Origin: Psammoneis japonica | Lineage: Eukaryota | Direction of reading: 5' to 3' | Assembly: GCA_008632985.1 (NCBI GenBank) | Contig: QPGO01000071.1 | Span: 235,516-299,515, forward strand | Length of the DNA stretch: 64,000 bases | In this document: piece after piece, positions 35,050 to 47,986 of the stretch | How positions within the stretch are numbered: the stretch's first letter is position 1 | Layout of the letters: each line of letters starts with the position of its first letter | The notes under the pieces: generated by a model | What the model was told of the DNA's origin: nothing | Databases searched by the model: none | Seen by the model: the letters and a program-made list of their open reading frames with translations, nothing else | Position numbers and translations under genes: made by a program

Positions 35050-37800
35050 AGACGGGATGAGCCATCGCGTGACACAAAAAAGGAGGGGGGTCGCCAAGCT
35101 CTGCATCTGATGCCGCAACACAACGAGACACGACGCGACGGCGAAGAGACTATGCCACAGGCAAGGAAAATGCTGCACCCTTCAAAGGGAACCATGGCTT
35201 GTCATCATTGTCAATGAAATTTCGCTGCTGGCTTTGAGCACAAGATGGCTGCACTGTCAAGCACAGGCGAGAAAACCAAACATGACATTTGCAAGGAAAC
35301 ACAACACCAATTCTCTTTTGATCCAGAGAAAGGTTCTCTCAACAAATGGTTGTTGATGCTCAATTGGCACAAAACTTGCCGGGCATCAAGAGGAGCTTGC
35401 CTTGTGCCATGCGCAGAAGTGATGTGCAGCACTGCAAACATGACTCCCCATGTGTGCTTCTTGACCACCTCAGGGGCATGCACAACATGCACAGTCACAC
35501 ACTGGGTTGTCAATCCATTCTGTTTTAACTGATTGCTCAGAGCATGCTTGACAAATGGACACACCAAATGCTCTTGTCATTCTAAAACATTGGCTTCTTG
35601 AAAGGTTGTCAAGAGGGCTGAGTCACAAACCAACCAAATCAGCTTCTTAGAGAGAAATGGCTGAGGCCAGCACACATTGAAGTTCAGCTCATCTTCTGAT
35701 GAAGGCAAGAGAATGCATTTCTCAAAGGAGAGCAACAACTCTTGATCTCCATGATCCATGGGGGGCAAAACACATTGAACAGCAGCAGGTGTTCTTTGAT
35801 TTTGAGCACAGAACCTTGTCCCTGACCAAGAGCCCAAAAAACTCTTTTCTGGCATGTTTCCACAGCATTGTTGCACCTCTTGGGCACTGTTTTCTTTAAT
35901 CTCTTTACCTGATCATGTGCCAATGACTCCAACACCAGCAGAAGATGAGCCACCTGTGCATGCGCCATCTGGCTGAGGCACACACATTGCTGCTTCAAGG
36001 TCTGGGGGTTCTTTGCAGGAACTTCATTTTGCTGACCCTTGTTTTTTGCCACAGCACAGACCCAAGCATCTCTTCCACTGGCAAAGAGCACTTTCTCTCT
36101 ACTTTCTACACTGAAGCTGAGTGCAAGAGTTTTGTCAATGCCTTGTGGTTGTTCACAAGCTTCTTTTTGCCGCCCTTTCTCATGCTGATTGTCTGCTGAT
36201 TCAGCAAATTTTCTGTGTGCAAGTTTTGGCACAAACTCCACATGCTCCAGCAACAATGTCTGCTGATGACTGCTCAGCCAAATCTCTGCACTGCTTTTGT
36301 CCATGCCCATTCACACTCAATGATCTTCATTTTCCTGCTCCTGTTTGCCAACAAAGTTTTTCACTGTGAGTGGTGAAAGTGCACTGCCTTGGTTGCAGCA
36401 CTCATGAGTGTGAGCTTGAGTCATCCTTTGGCATCATTTGATTGTCACTCATTTGCTGGAAGTGTGTCAGCATTTCTGCACAAGATCTGGTGTTGCTTCT
36501 GTGCATGATGAACTTTTCTTCTGATGATTGACTTGTCATGACATCAAAGCTTTCCATTTCACACACCCCAGTTCTGAACAAACCTTCTCTTGTTTGCTGG
36601 CACACATCAAGCTCTCTGCTCAATGTGGCAAACTTTCTGCTGCTGCCACAGTGATCAAAGGTGAGAAATTGAGTCTCTCTTTGATGAGGGCAAGTGGTTC
36701 AGAAGAAGCATTTCTGTCTCAGCTCTGATGCAGTTTGTGAGCCAAGTTCTGCTGGGTGCAACTGTCTTTTGCTGTTGTGGCATTGCTGCCACCATTCCAG
36801 CAAAAAAAAAGCAACAAATCCAGCAATGTGGTTTCTCACAATTCCCAGTTGCCTCAGGTGGTCTCCATTGCTGCAAGGTGGTGCCGACCTTGGCCAGTTC
36901 TCTCCTTGCATTTTTCTCCCACACACCAGTGCACTGGAAGCATGGGTTGTCAACCAACCATGCTGGCATTGCTGGCCAATGGCACACTGGCGCTTGGAAC
37001 CAGATTGGAGTTTCTTGAAACTGAGCACAAGACAGGAACAGCACTGCACGTGTGTTTGATGTGGGGACCTCTCTCACACCAGCCAGTGACGCACAACACT
37101 GAGAGAAAGGTCTCACAAAGACTCAACCCAGCAGCACTTGTGCAGGCTTGCCCCTGCAGCAAGAGACACAAAAATGCACCCTGCTCAGAAAAGCATCAGA
37201 GTCTGGTGATGCCATTTTTCTCCTGAACAGCTGCTGAGCCTGCTGCTGGGTGTTCTCAGCCACACCACAAAAACTGCAGCGAGAGTGCCACCCTTTGCCT
37301 CAGGAGTGGGGGCATCATGGCCATGCACTGCCTGGCTGGGTCAAGCTTGCAGCAGGTTTCTGTGGATTGCACAGCATGTTTCAGCATGAAAAAGGCAAAA
37401 TGTGGCTGTCACAATGTCAACAGTAAACTGCAGAGGGTGAGAAGGCAGTGAGGGGGCTTTGTGAACAACCCTTCCCCCTCTTTGGTGTGAAGACAAAAGG
37501 TGGCGCACAAAAAAAGATGAAGGCGCACATCATCATCTCAGTCTCACCCAAATCTTTAAAAAGCAATGCATTGTGAGAATGTTGCAGGTGTTTGCTGTTT
37601 GTCATTTGCTTGTGGTGTTTTGTGTTTGGGAGTGGAGCTGGCTTTTGCAGAGCACTTTTGTTTCAAGGGAAAGCAAAAAGGAGCAAAGGGGGGAGGGAAC
37701 AAAAAAAAGGAGCTCCGCTTCGTCAGTGAGGACAGCTCTGTGACTGACGCGAGGAACCTCTGCTTGCGACCCCAAACATTGTTGGGAACTTCGTGTGGCA
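35050..37800. mobile_element. TpA/CpG-depleted repeat island of unrecognised family
   Basis: Same dinucleotide signature as the recognisable transposon islands; no diagnostic protein motif seen. Confidence 0.55.
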
Positions 37801-38099
37801 TGGTGCTAGTCGTTTTGTGATTACAGCCGGAGCAGCGGACAACGACGCATCATGTCGAGTGCTGGCATTTTGCGACGCACGGACAAACCGATAGATGGAC
37901 GGACGGACAGCCTGCAACGCCGATAGATACATGTATGTTTTTGTGACTCTTTTTGTTTCCTCGCAATGACATTATTTTGCCGCACCATACCGGCACAGAA
38001 AGGCTACAACTATAAGCTCTATTGGCATGGCCGTTGAAGACGATACGCAACACGACTATAACAGTGACGACGACGACGACGAGGACGCAATGATGGATC

Positions 38100-40249
38100 A
38101 TGATGCCGCTCGCCGCCGGAGACGACGTGACGAAGAGAGCTATCGGTCGATCACGGAGGTCCTTCCATAATAACGAGGCATACAACAAGCCACGTCGATA
38201 TCGTCGAACGAAAAGCCACGAGGAACCCGAAACTATTTCACTTGTATTGATTTTTCAAGTGGGTGCTTCCCTGTTGGTTTTCTTTGGTGTCTTGTACATG
38301 ATTTTTCCAGGCATGATGCCAGCTCCTTTCTCAATGATTGAAAAGCAAGACGAAGCATTCACTAGAATTGTCTATACACCATCGCCAACGCCTGCACCCA
38401 AGAAAAATGCCAAGAAAGCAACAGCACCACCTCTACCAGTTTGGGAGCTGAGCTCCAATGCGAAATTCGATGCCTATGGCATTGCTGAATCCGTAAACAA
38501 TACATCAAGTCGGAAGGAATTTGGGACGAGGCTGCAGCACTGAGACGTGACTTTAGTGATCGGTATGGTGGAGAAAATGCAGCAAGAGCTGCGCTAGAGC
38601 GTGCCCTGTCTACGTTTGGGCTCCAAAACGACACGAAAAGAAAAAACGTTCCATCTGACTTGGAGCATACGGCTTGTCGCATTCAAGCTGCGGCTAACAA
38701 AAACTCGTCGTCCAAAACATTTTCCATGGCGTTTGGTGGATACTCTGTGACGGCGGGACGTGGTAACTTTTTCGAGCAATCCTATCCCTTTGTCATGGAG
38801 AATACATTGAAACGCGCCTTTCGACTCTTGGGAATCACACTGTCGGTTCGAAATGCTGCTATCGGTGGTGTTCCGAGTTTTCCATATGGTTGGTGCATGA
38901 AGGAATTCTGGGGCGCGACACCCAATGTTGTGTCGTGGGACTATGCAATGAATGAGGCCGGTGGAGTTCCTGGGGGCTTGGAAGCATATCTACGGCATGT
39001 TTCCGTGTTGGGACATAATCCTAAACTCATTGTCAAGGATACGCACTTGGCTAAAGAGAGACGTGACTTGCTGAAAAGGTGAGCTTTGACTTGACTGGCT
39101 ACTGCCTACCGATATGCTTTGAATGCCGGCATCCAACATACACTGTTTGTTTCTCTACATTTATACGGTAGATATGTCCATTCGGGCTCGATTTCAGATC
39201 CTGTTGTGATCCACACGGACCCCGCTGTCGAATATTTTTTGGATTTGGCAGAAGATTTTCGTCCACAGGGTTACCAAGAGTGGCGAGTTTTTGGAGCTCC
39301 AAAAGGTGTGCCTGGACAGAGTCGACACCATCCAGCAGTCAAGGAGCATGAATTTATTGCATGGATCTTGTCAATGCACTTTTTGAGTGCATTGGAACTT
39401 GTCGCTTCAAGGGATTTCAAAATGGATTGTAAAGAGAGTGCACCCACTCTCCCAGCACCCATGAATGTCACAAACGAACCGTGGTCATCTGTCCTGTTTG
39501 GAGAGCCATCAGAAAATGATCCGACTCTGTGGAAAGTGAATCCCACGCACTGCCGTACAACCTTTGAACCCATTCTTGACGGAGATTTAAGCTCCGTCAT
39601 TGTCGCTGGTGTTGCCGGCCAGGACGTGGACATTATGCTACCCAAGGGTTCCATGTATTACAACAAAGGTTGGGTGTTGGACATCAGTGATAAGGAAAAG
39701 AAGGCAAAGCGAGAACTTGACCGGTACGGTAGGTTGGGTTTTGTAGATAGCAAGAAAGCTTATTACGGAATTTACGCCTCTGGTCCACTGCGGCTCGTGT
39801 TGCCGTTCGAAAGCGCCGGAAAAGACAAACCCAAGGAAGGAGACAAGGCGCGGACATGGTTCAAGTCTATTGTCGTTTGTCAAGTCAACGAGAAGCGGGA
39901 TCCAGGCGAGTGTGTTCCCGAGAAGGACGTCAAGTTCGTTGTTGGTGGCAAGGAAGCGACAAACGCAAGCCTGATTGAATCCGATGGTACTCTGTACCTG
40001 GGAAAGAAGATTTGCATGCACGTACCAGTGCCGCCAGGTGCCACTCTTACTACCCCGAAGGCCATTATTAAAAACCTGACGGAAACGCAAGAAGATGACA
40101 TGACATTCATAATGGACCAAGAGGACGACGCGAAGCAAGAAGTGGTAGGTCTTCCGGTTGAGATCTCTGTCTCAGATATGCGCATTCATGAAAAACAGAA
40201 AGCGTGCTCTGTTTCTCACGTTGTATGGGAACAAGTTTCTGGACAATGA
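38100..40249 (+). CDS. Type II membrane SGNH-hydrolase-like protein; intron 39079-39171; apparent 1-nt frameshift near 38520
   Basis: N-terminal TM helix; MAFGGYSVTAGRGN, RNAAIGG, WDYAMNE and HHP blocks; splice restores KRYVHSG. Confidence 0.7.
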
Positions 40250-41025
40250 TGGAAGAAGAAAGGAAACATACGGCTGCGACGAGCTATCTTTTTTCCATGC
40301 ATGGTACAAGAATCGAGGCACCGCCGTAACCTGTTAAAATGCTGGGGCCTATTCCTCCTCTTCTCCTTCGAACTCGTACCCTGCACATTGACTTCGACAA
40401 TGTTGACCAGAAAGGATACACGGGTGCAAAGGTGGATGCAGTTAGCGTTGGTGCTATTCTTTGGTAGGCTAGCGCCCAACAGAAACTCAATCCAAACGGA
40501 ATCACACGAGCACTGCATCAACAGAAGCCGTTGGGTTTTGGAATTTAGCTACTGTACTGGTGTTCAGCACTGTTCTCAATGCCCCTTTCTTCTCCAATTT
40601 ACATCTCATAGTAGGCCCACAAGCACCACGAAACGACCGAGTTTCTGCTTTCCCGTGAACATGGTGTAGCACGAGTCATAACGAGGACGGCAAGCACACT
40701 GAATGCAATCGTGTTGAGGGTAGTAAGTAGTGTTGTAAGGCGTTCAGAACTCATTGTGAGAGATGGTGAAAGAGCATTTGTCGTGCCATAGGAAAAGCAC
40801 GACCGGGACAGCTACTTTATGTACCTCGCGGTATTGTACAGTATAAACAGAACTGCGTCAGCGTGGTAGGTTTTGCTTGTGCAAGATCACACCTTGACAC
40901 AACATGAATTGTCTTAAATTCCAGTGTCAGTATCAGCATACTCTAGCTTCGACGATGAGCCCATTGAACAGATCCGCTCATGGTTCCCACTGCGGTTAAA
41001 CAATGCAAAACGTTTTCTCACGCAT

Positions 41026-42411
41026 TCAACAATTTGGGTTCAGTTTCTTTGCAATGTCTTTGCCGTGTATAAGGCCTTCCTTGTCTGCCTCTTGAAGTGC
41101 ATCCCACAAAGCAAAGTCCATCCAATAAATATCTCGCACCCTCTTCATAAGCTTTCGAGTATAATACTTTTTGATCTTGCTTGTTGCACCAGTGTTGTGC
41201 CGATGCGCCGAGTCGGTTATCTTGTCAACCTGTTGCTGGAAACCCAATTCTGCCTCCTCGTCTTCTTGTTGCTCGGGTTCGGGAGGCCACTTTGCCCATG
41301 GTTCATTTTTTGAACTTGCTTCATCATTTGACAAACGGTAATGCCTTCCAAAAGCCTCCCACATATTTACTTGCTGCAGCAATGACTTTGTATGGAAGTC
41401 GACACGGTCCATTGACGCGACGTAATCAAACGTGTCCAGCTCCTCAGACAATCCGCACGCCCAAGCTTGTGGTCTAAAGTGTGGATCAGTTAGCCATGAC
41501 AACCCAGTGAACATGCCTGTCAATGGGCCATGTATAGAATCCTGTCTGGTAATGGTCTTCATTGCAAGAATATCGACGAACTCTGTGAAGGTCATATTCA
41601 CGTGTTGTTGCTTACCCTCAATCTTGTCGAGATAACCTGACAATAAACGTTCAGCGGGATTACGAATAAAGATCGCCTTCGTCCACGATTTGTCACTCCA
41701 AATTTCGTCTCTCACTTCTTCGGTCATAACGTCGAGCCTGGAATAGTCTGTGTCTGATTTGAAATATGGCACACTTAGGTAATCTTTTGCGCCATAGGTA
41801 AAGCGCAGAAACTGAAGCCACTGCGTGACTCCGGCTTTGGGGATCCCACAAAATGCCAGCTTTCCTTTCGGAAATATCAAAGCACGGTCATAAGGCCCTG
41901 AACCACCGCCCATGGAGAACATGCTACAACCCATAGGATACTTCTCATCTGTCGGCAATTTTTCTGACGTACACCACCGCGTAGGAGGAGGTTTTCTCTT
42001 CGCGTATTCACGACATTTTGGTCTCAACGACAGTAACTCGTTTTTGGTTGGTTCCCACTTTCGAAAGTAAGACGCCTCCTCCGGGGATGAAAATGGATAA
42101 TAGGAGACCTTGCATGCTTTCTCTGTTAAGCAAGTTGCATACCAATCCGATTTATGCCCACTGCAACAGCCTGAAAAAGTGACGGGTAAAAGAGCCTCTG
42201 GCAGTTCTGCTTCAGAAGCACTTTGGCGAGTGTCATCGCTGTCAAACAAATACCGGTACCTATATTGCGATTCAGTGATCTTTGGAATGAACGATTGGAA
42301 GAGGCTTACGCTTGTGTGGAGTAAATTAAAACAGAGACCAATCAAACTCGCAAACGTCAGCGCACGCCAATTCACGATCCCATTTCTTTGCCTGTTTTCA
42401 TCGTTCGTCAT
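41026..42411 (-). CDS. Carbohydrate sulfotransferase (Sulfotransfer_2 family), type II membrane
   Basis: 5'-PSB FCGIPKAGVTQW, 3'-PB FIRNPAERLLSGYLDK and DPHFRPQ. Confidence 0.9.
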   Translation of the reverse strand: MTNDENRQRNGIVNWRALTFASLIGLCFNLLHTSVSLFQSFIPKITESQYRYRYLFDSDDTRQSASEAELPEALLPVTFSGCCSGHKSDWYATCLTEKACKVSYYPFSSPEEASYFRKWEPTKNELLSLRPKCREYAKRKPPPTRWCTSEKLPTDEKYPMGCSMFSMGGGSGPYDRALIFPKGKLAFCGIPKAGVTQWLQFLRFTYGAKDYLSVPYFKSDTDYSRLDVMTEEVRDEIWSDKSWTKAIFIRNPAERLLSGYLDKIEGKQQHVNMTFTEFVDILAMKTITRQDSIHGPLTGMFTGLSWLTDPHFRPQAWACGLSEELDTFDYVASMDRVDFHTKSLLQQVNMWEAFGRHYRLSNDEASSKNEPWAKWPPEPEQQEDEEAELGFQQQVDKITDSAHRHNTGATSKIKKYYTRKLMKRVRDIYWMDFALWDALQEADKEGLIHGKDIAKKLNPNC

Positions 42412-42699
42412 GTCGCGATCTGCATCAAGCAATGGAAGGATATAGCTCTGGTAGTCTACTCAAAACACCGGTAGGAGTATGATTGAAGCTGTTGTCTACC
42501 TTCGACATCGGGTTCTGCCGTGAAAGACAGTGGAAGAATAAAGACGGCGGCTCTATCGATCATCGTTGCGTTATGAGAGTTTGCAGAGATCCATCCGTTC
42601 AGATAACGGTCATCGGCAACAGAGCAAACAAATCCGTTCAGATAACGGTCAACGGGGACGCAGGCTTGCATTCTTTGCGCTTTTTGATTATCACGATAC

Positions 42700-44330
42700 G
42701 ACAAGGTGGATCAACTGACCGGCTTGTCACGCACCGGAAGAATGGGCCGGCCGCCGGATCGTCGATTTGCGGCGACCGGGCAGACCTGTCCACAGCTCAT
42801 TGATGGACAGGTTGTGGCGACACTGGTGGCAGTGGCTGCCGCAACGACGTCGAAGTTTGCCATTGATCTGCGTCTTTTGGTCAATCTGAAAAAAAAGGGC
42901 AGGAAGATTCGTTTGGCGAGAACCAGATTGTTTCATCCACAATGTCTTGCAAGTGCAATCCAATGCAAAGCAAGTGCATCTGCAGGCTCAGTCAGCTTGT
43001 CAGTGGCCTGACCCAGATGTCAGCTTCACAAAGGCGCAGCACCAGCAAACAATGGATGGAGCACGTGCTCAATGACTCGAGAGTTGTTGGCTGCTGTCTC
43101 TGCCACCCAAGCCATTTGTTGCCATTGGTGGTGTCCTTGACCTGGCTGTCAATGTCATGTGAAGCCTTGTCATCCATGAGAGAAAACAGCCAAGGCCAGC
43201 CCAGCAGCAGAGTTTGCACTTTCATGGCAACAGAGAGCACACATTGACATGGCGGCGGTGCAAAAGGGGGCTGATCAACAGGAGTTTCATGAGGTCATTT
43301 TCCCGCACAGCCAGGCTGCTGCTGAATGGGTCAAATCAGAAAGACAACCCAATGATCTGCTTGGTCGACTGAAGAATGAGTTGGTTTCAGCAGGGGATTG
43401 ACACCTGGAAGCCTTTGCAGATCCTTCAAAGTTTGCGAACCATGTGGTGAAGCAAGTGTGGATCAGTTTGTGGTGAACATGGTCAAGAAGATTCACAGCC
43501 CAGAAGGTGCTGCCAAAGTTGTCAGGGGGGCACCATGAGTTGCCCTTGCCACCGGGGGCAGGCCATCAAGTTGGCCAGCTTCAGTGCCGCTTCAGTCATT
43601 GTGCAAGATGCAGATGATTGGCAAATGCTGGAGATGGTGCCAATTGAGAACATCAAGTGCAAGAACCTCAACATGGTTGAACACACCCAGGCATGCTGGA
43701 GAGGACTTTGTGACAGATTCAAGGCCATGACCAAGCAGCTCACCCAATGGTGGCTGGGAGAGACCGCCATGAATTGCCTGCACATTTTGGATCTGTCCAA
43801 CAAGATCACGAAACTGCTGGTGGCCAGATGGATCAGCACGGGGCATGCCAGGTGCACCACTGGTGCTGCAAACTGACAAGGCCAGTTGTCTGTGTCTGGC
43901 CTGTGCTGTGGCAACCAACGGGCTGTTGGCACACGATGCTCTGGAGGCAATGTCTCGACACACCAAATGCAGGCCTGTTGCTGTGCATGTGTTGAATGGG
44001 GCAGTCCAGCCCCAGCTCCTGGACAATGGCAGCACAGGACAAAAAGGGTGACGGATCGCCAGCAACACAACAGTGTGGGCGGATGGCTCGTTGGAGGCAG
44101 ATGCAGGCATGGCCAACACAGATGGGAAGCAGCACCATGGCGTTGAGGACAACAACTCTTAGAGAGACTTGCAGTCCAGGTGCTGAAGCAAAAAAATGAC
44201 AATTGAAGTGAAATGTTGGAAATCTCGGGACAGTCCTGTGTCCTGTCCCCACAGAAATTTCCAGACGTGGCAGTCAGTCCTTCTCCAGTCACGCAGCCAA
44301 TTGGGGGCCGTTGTGGCTTTTTACAACATT
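42700..44330. mobile_element. TpA-depleted repeat island with possible degenerate terminal inverted repeats
   Basis: Essentially no TA from 42700 to about 44320; weak inverted similarity between 42730-42791 and 44226-44295. Confidence 0.6.
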
Positions 44331-44481
44331 GGTGACTCACTCCTATCCTCCTCCGAAATGTGGGATCGAGCTATTCATATGGTGTCCGGATTGGTGTTCC
44401 AAGCTGATTGTGTAAACTTCCCGACAAAGTGTGAAGAGCACTCCACAGGTGCGTATGAACAGCCATGCTAGGTTTTCGACC

Positions 44482-45960
44482 TTAACTAAATTGCGGCAAG
44501 ACGATAACGTTCTCGTTCGCAAATCTCTCTAGGCACTGCAACGGTGACTCAACAAACAATTCGGGGCTACTGTTCTCAAGAACATATCTTCGGAGCTGTT
44601 CGTAATCAACTTCATTGAGATTGTTCGAGGAATCAAAGTTTGGCGGTAAAGAATCAAGATACGCCAGGGCTTCATCCACGCAAGGCTTGTCCTCTTTGAG
44701 CAACGAGATGATTGGGCGACACAGAGGTAAATTCGAGGAATCGACGATAAAAGCCCCTTGCGATCGGATTCCTTGAGAAACAGCATGAATGAGTAGAGGT
44801 TCGGCGCCGAGTAAGATTCCCTCTTCCTCCTTCCCAGGCAACAGGGTTGCCAAGAACAGCGGCAGTGCTTCCCCTGAGACAGACAGCGATTCCTCCACCG
44901 TCTTTCCAATCGTCCAATCATTTCCAGTGTCACTTGCTATTGCTGTCAGCTTCACATTGTGTTGCCTCGAGGCAATTGCGATATCAAAACAAGCACTCTT
45001 CATTTCACATACGGCAACAACTCCGCGATATTTGTGATAGACAACAAGATCAAGCTCGCCAACCTCCTGATTTTGATGCCAAAAATGAACGCTCCGATCA
45101 TACCAATAATCGTGATAAGCCCTTGAGCCATTGATCCCTTTTGCCTTTTCCAGCTGCGATACAATAATCGTAAAAATGGCGTCGCAGCTCGTTTCTTCAA
45201 ATCGTGTTCCTCGAGCGTTTCGATTTCTCGAGATTGCCAAGTCTATCTTCTTGTAGTTCTCCCAAATTAGTTTTCCTCCACACTCTTGCCAGATACGATT
45301 GGAATTGCAGAACCGCTGGTGTTCGGCGTCTGTCAGCAATTGCTTTTCCAACTCGACAACACACTGGCGATTCCGATCCAATCTTTTGGTTTTCTTTGCA
45401 GCTGCTTGGTCCACCATCTGATCCATCTCCTCTTTTGTGGGAGGTTTCTTTTTCTGCTTCCTCATCTTTCCATTGTAAATTCGATTTTTCAGTTCCTCCT
45501 TGGAGCATAAGGTTTGATCTCTTTTTAGTTGCTCTTTGATTTTTTGCAGACGCCAGTATAGTTTGCCTTGGGTCATGGTATCCATGCTCCGCCCTATGTC
45601 ATGCAAGGTGGCATCCGAATTTAACCCCAATAATTGTCTCAGTTCATCCAATCGAATTTGGACTTCGGCGCTCTTGTCGTCGTCGTCGTCGTCCTTGAGA
45701 GCGTTCTCCATAGCTTGTCGCAATATGGTGCGAGGCGAACGAGACAACAATTGACGGGCGCGTCGTGCAAAGAATGAAAAATCCTCTGGATTTTCGCCCG
45801 GATAGAGACCTGTTGGTATGGCTGCCTGGACCAAGAACCGATGGAGCGCTTGACGGAGGTGGTTCTGCTCTCGCAAAAGTGTCTCGGAGTGGAGGACCGG
45901 ACCTTTTAGCGCTTCCTCGAGGGAGGATGGTGATACAACGGTCTCTTCTTTTCTTGCCAT
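44482..45960 (-). CDS. Hypothetical protein: coiled-coil region followed by a PD-(D/E)XK nuclease-like motif
   Basis: RGTRFEE ... VGELDLVV ... VVAVCEMKS; intact 492-aa ORF. Confidence 0.65.
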   Translation of the reverse strand: MARKEETVVSPSSLEEALKGPVLHSETLLREQNHLRQALHRFLVQAAIPTGLYPGENPEDFSFFARRARQLLSRSPRTILRQAMENALKDDDDDDKSAEVQIRLDELRQLLGLNSDATLHDIGRSMDTMTQGKLYWRLQKIKEQLKRDQTLCSKEELKNRIYNGKMRKQKKKPPTKEEMDQMVDQAAAKKTKRLDRNRQCVVELEKQLLTDAEHQRFCNSNRIWQECGGKLIWENYKKIDLAISRNRNARGTRFEETSCDAIFTIIVSQLEKAKGINGSRAYHDYWYDRSVHFWHQNQEVGELDLVVYHKYRGVVAVCEMKSACFDIAIASRQHNVKLTAIASDTGNDWTIGKTVEESLSVSGEALPLFLATLLPGKEEEGILLGAEPLLIHAVSQGIRSQGAFIVDSSNLPLCRPIISLLKEDKPCVDEALAYLDSLPPNFDSSNNLNEVDYEQLRRYVLENSSPELFVESPLQCLERFANENVIVLPQFS

Positions 45961-46153
45961 AGCGAGGCTGTGTAGACTAAGGTTTTAGGTTCGCGGTCTT
46001 CTACTGTATTAGTCTATTAGCTCTTCGCGCTAATAAATACCGTAGAGCGCGGTACGAAGCACGACTCAGAACTCAGACGCGAGTTGGAGGGAGGGTCGCA
46101 TTATTCGCAATGGAATGCCGGTAGAGAGAACACACATGATCCGTTCCTGAGTA

Positions 46154-47986
46154 GTGAGTTCCTTACTGCCGCAAATGCCATATCCCAAAGACTTCCCAGT
46201 GGCAAAACATGATCTCTATGCGTGTGTTGGTGGCGAGAACAAGTTACCAATCATGCACAATGTTCAAGACATGGCGCGTGCTGTGAAAAGCGTGACTCAT
46301 CGACAACAAGAGCTTGTCTGTCCAGTATACACATACCGGGATGCACCGTCAACTCCGCTGCCTCGTAATTTGACTGTTCTGGGGTTCTTTTCGGTAATGG
46401 AGGGACGTGTACTTGAAGCAGACTCGATGCTTCAATTGTGTACGATTGCAGTAAAGAGACTGGACCGCAATGCAAGCGCTCTCAGCTCCATGGATGTTCG
46501 GAACTCACACCAATTTTGCAAACTCACACGGAAAATGAGAAATGAAGGCCTAGTAGCTCTCTGTACTCTGAATGACAAGAATCGTCGCTTGGGCATTCTT
46601 CAACCCATGGAATATGCCGCAGCTCCAAGAAATGCAGGGATTTATGTGGCAGAAGATTTTGCTGTCTGCTGTTTTATTGGAAAAGAGGAGAATGTTCTTG
46701 AAAAGATTTCTTTCCTGTTGGAAGTGACTAGAGAGCAATTGGATGGAACCAGAAAGCGCAAGGAACCTCCAAACCAGAACAATCATAATCTATTTGACAA
46801 AAAGCGGAACCATGCGCCCTCCTCTGTTGCATTTCGTATCGGCAAAGATTCCTGTTGCATCTCATTTCAACGGAACATTCTGCAAAGACTATTTAAGCCA
46901 ATGGACCATAACTGGTTTGGACTGGAATACTCCTTTATGCTCCGAGACGGTTCGGACCACGCCGCTGGAGTCGGAAACGCCGTGGACGTGCCGGAATGGC
47001 TCGTTCCATTGCCCCTTTTGGAGCAACTGGCGACCCAAGCTGGTCTCGAACTGGAATATGCTTGTAATTTTCATGAGTTTTATGCCCGGTGCTGCGACAA
47101 GGACAAGACATTGGTGGAACAAGCCATGACTACCCGAAAAGCTCTGAATCGGCGTGGATCCATCTCTAGGGACGAGTGGGACGTCGCACGTTTGTACATG
47201 GCTTTGAAGTTTCGAAAGGTTGGTGAATCGAAGCTTTCAGTGGAGAATGAAACACAAGATAAGACTGCCAACAATGCTGAGGATTTTTACAACGACCTCA
47301 AGCGCCATCGAAGTACTCGAGTAGATTCTCGTCTGTACCACTTGAGAAATTTCAATGGGTGGATAAAAGATACGCAAATCCAGGAACTAAGACCAGAGAC
47401 AGCAAGTGTCAGAGGACGTCAAGCGCAACCTCTCCGTGTCTTGGACCTTGCCTGTGGTAAAGGAGGTGATTTGAATAAATGGCTATAAAGGGGTGTATCG
47501 ACTTATGTGGGAATTGATGTGGCTTTGGAATCCCTCTCCGATGCTGCCAAACGGGCAATTGGTGCAGCTCGTTATCACCGAGGCTTCATGCCCCATTGCA
47601 GCTTTGTACACGCAGATCTAGGAGTAGATGTACCCGGCCGACCTCGAGTGCTGGGTGGACCGCTGCAAATTCTTTTATCATGGTCTTTACAAACGGAAGC
47701 ATCACCACATGTCCCATCAGGACACATGAAAAAGGATATCGACGAGCCGCAGTTCTCGTGGGTACAAGGAGGCGGCATCTCTGAGCATGAGTGCTTTGAT
47801 GTTGTTTCGATCCAATTTGCTCTTCACTACATGATGTCCTCGGAACAACGAGCCAAGAGATTTTTTCACACCGTTAGTGAGTTGCTCGACATCAACGGGA
47901 ACTTGATTGCAACCACAGTGGACGCCCGAATGGTCCTGGAGCATCTCATGGATACGGGTGCGGACTTTCATTCTTTCTTCGAATAA
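46154..47986 (+). pseudogene. mRNA cap guanine-N7 methyltransferase (RNMT/Abd1)-like sequence with permuted domain order and an in-frame TAA at 47486
   Basis: C-terminal motifs FGLEYSF, VPEWLVP, NFHEFY and EWDVARLY..FRK precede N-terminal motifs LRNFNGWIK, VLDLACGKGGDLNKW and FDVVSIQFALHY. Confidence 0.8.
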
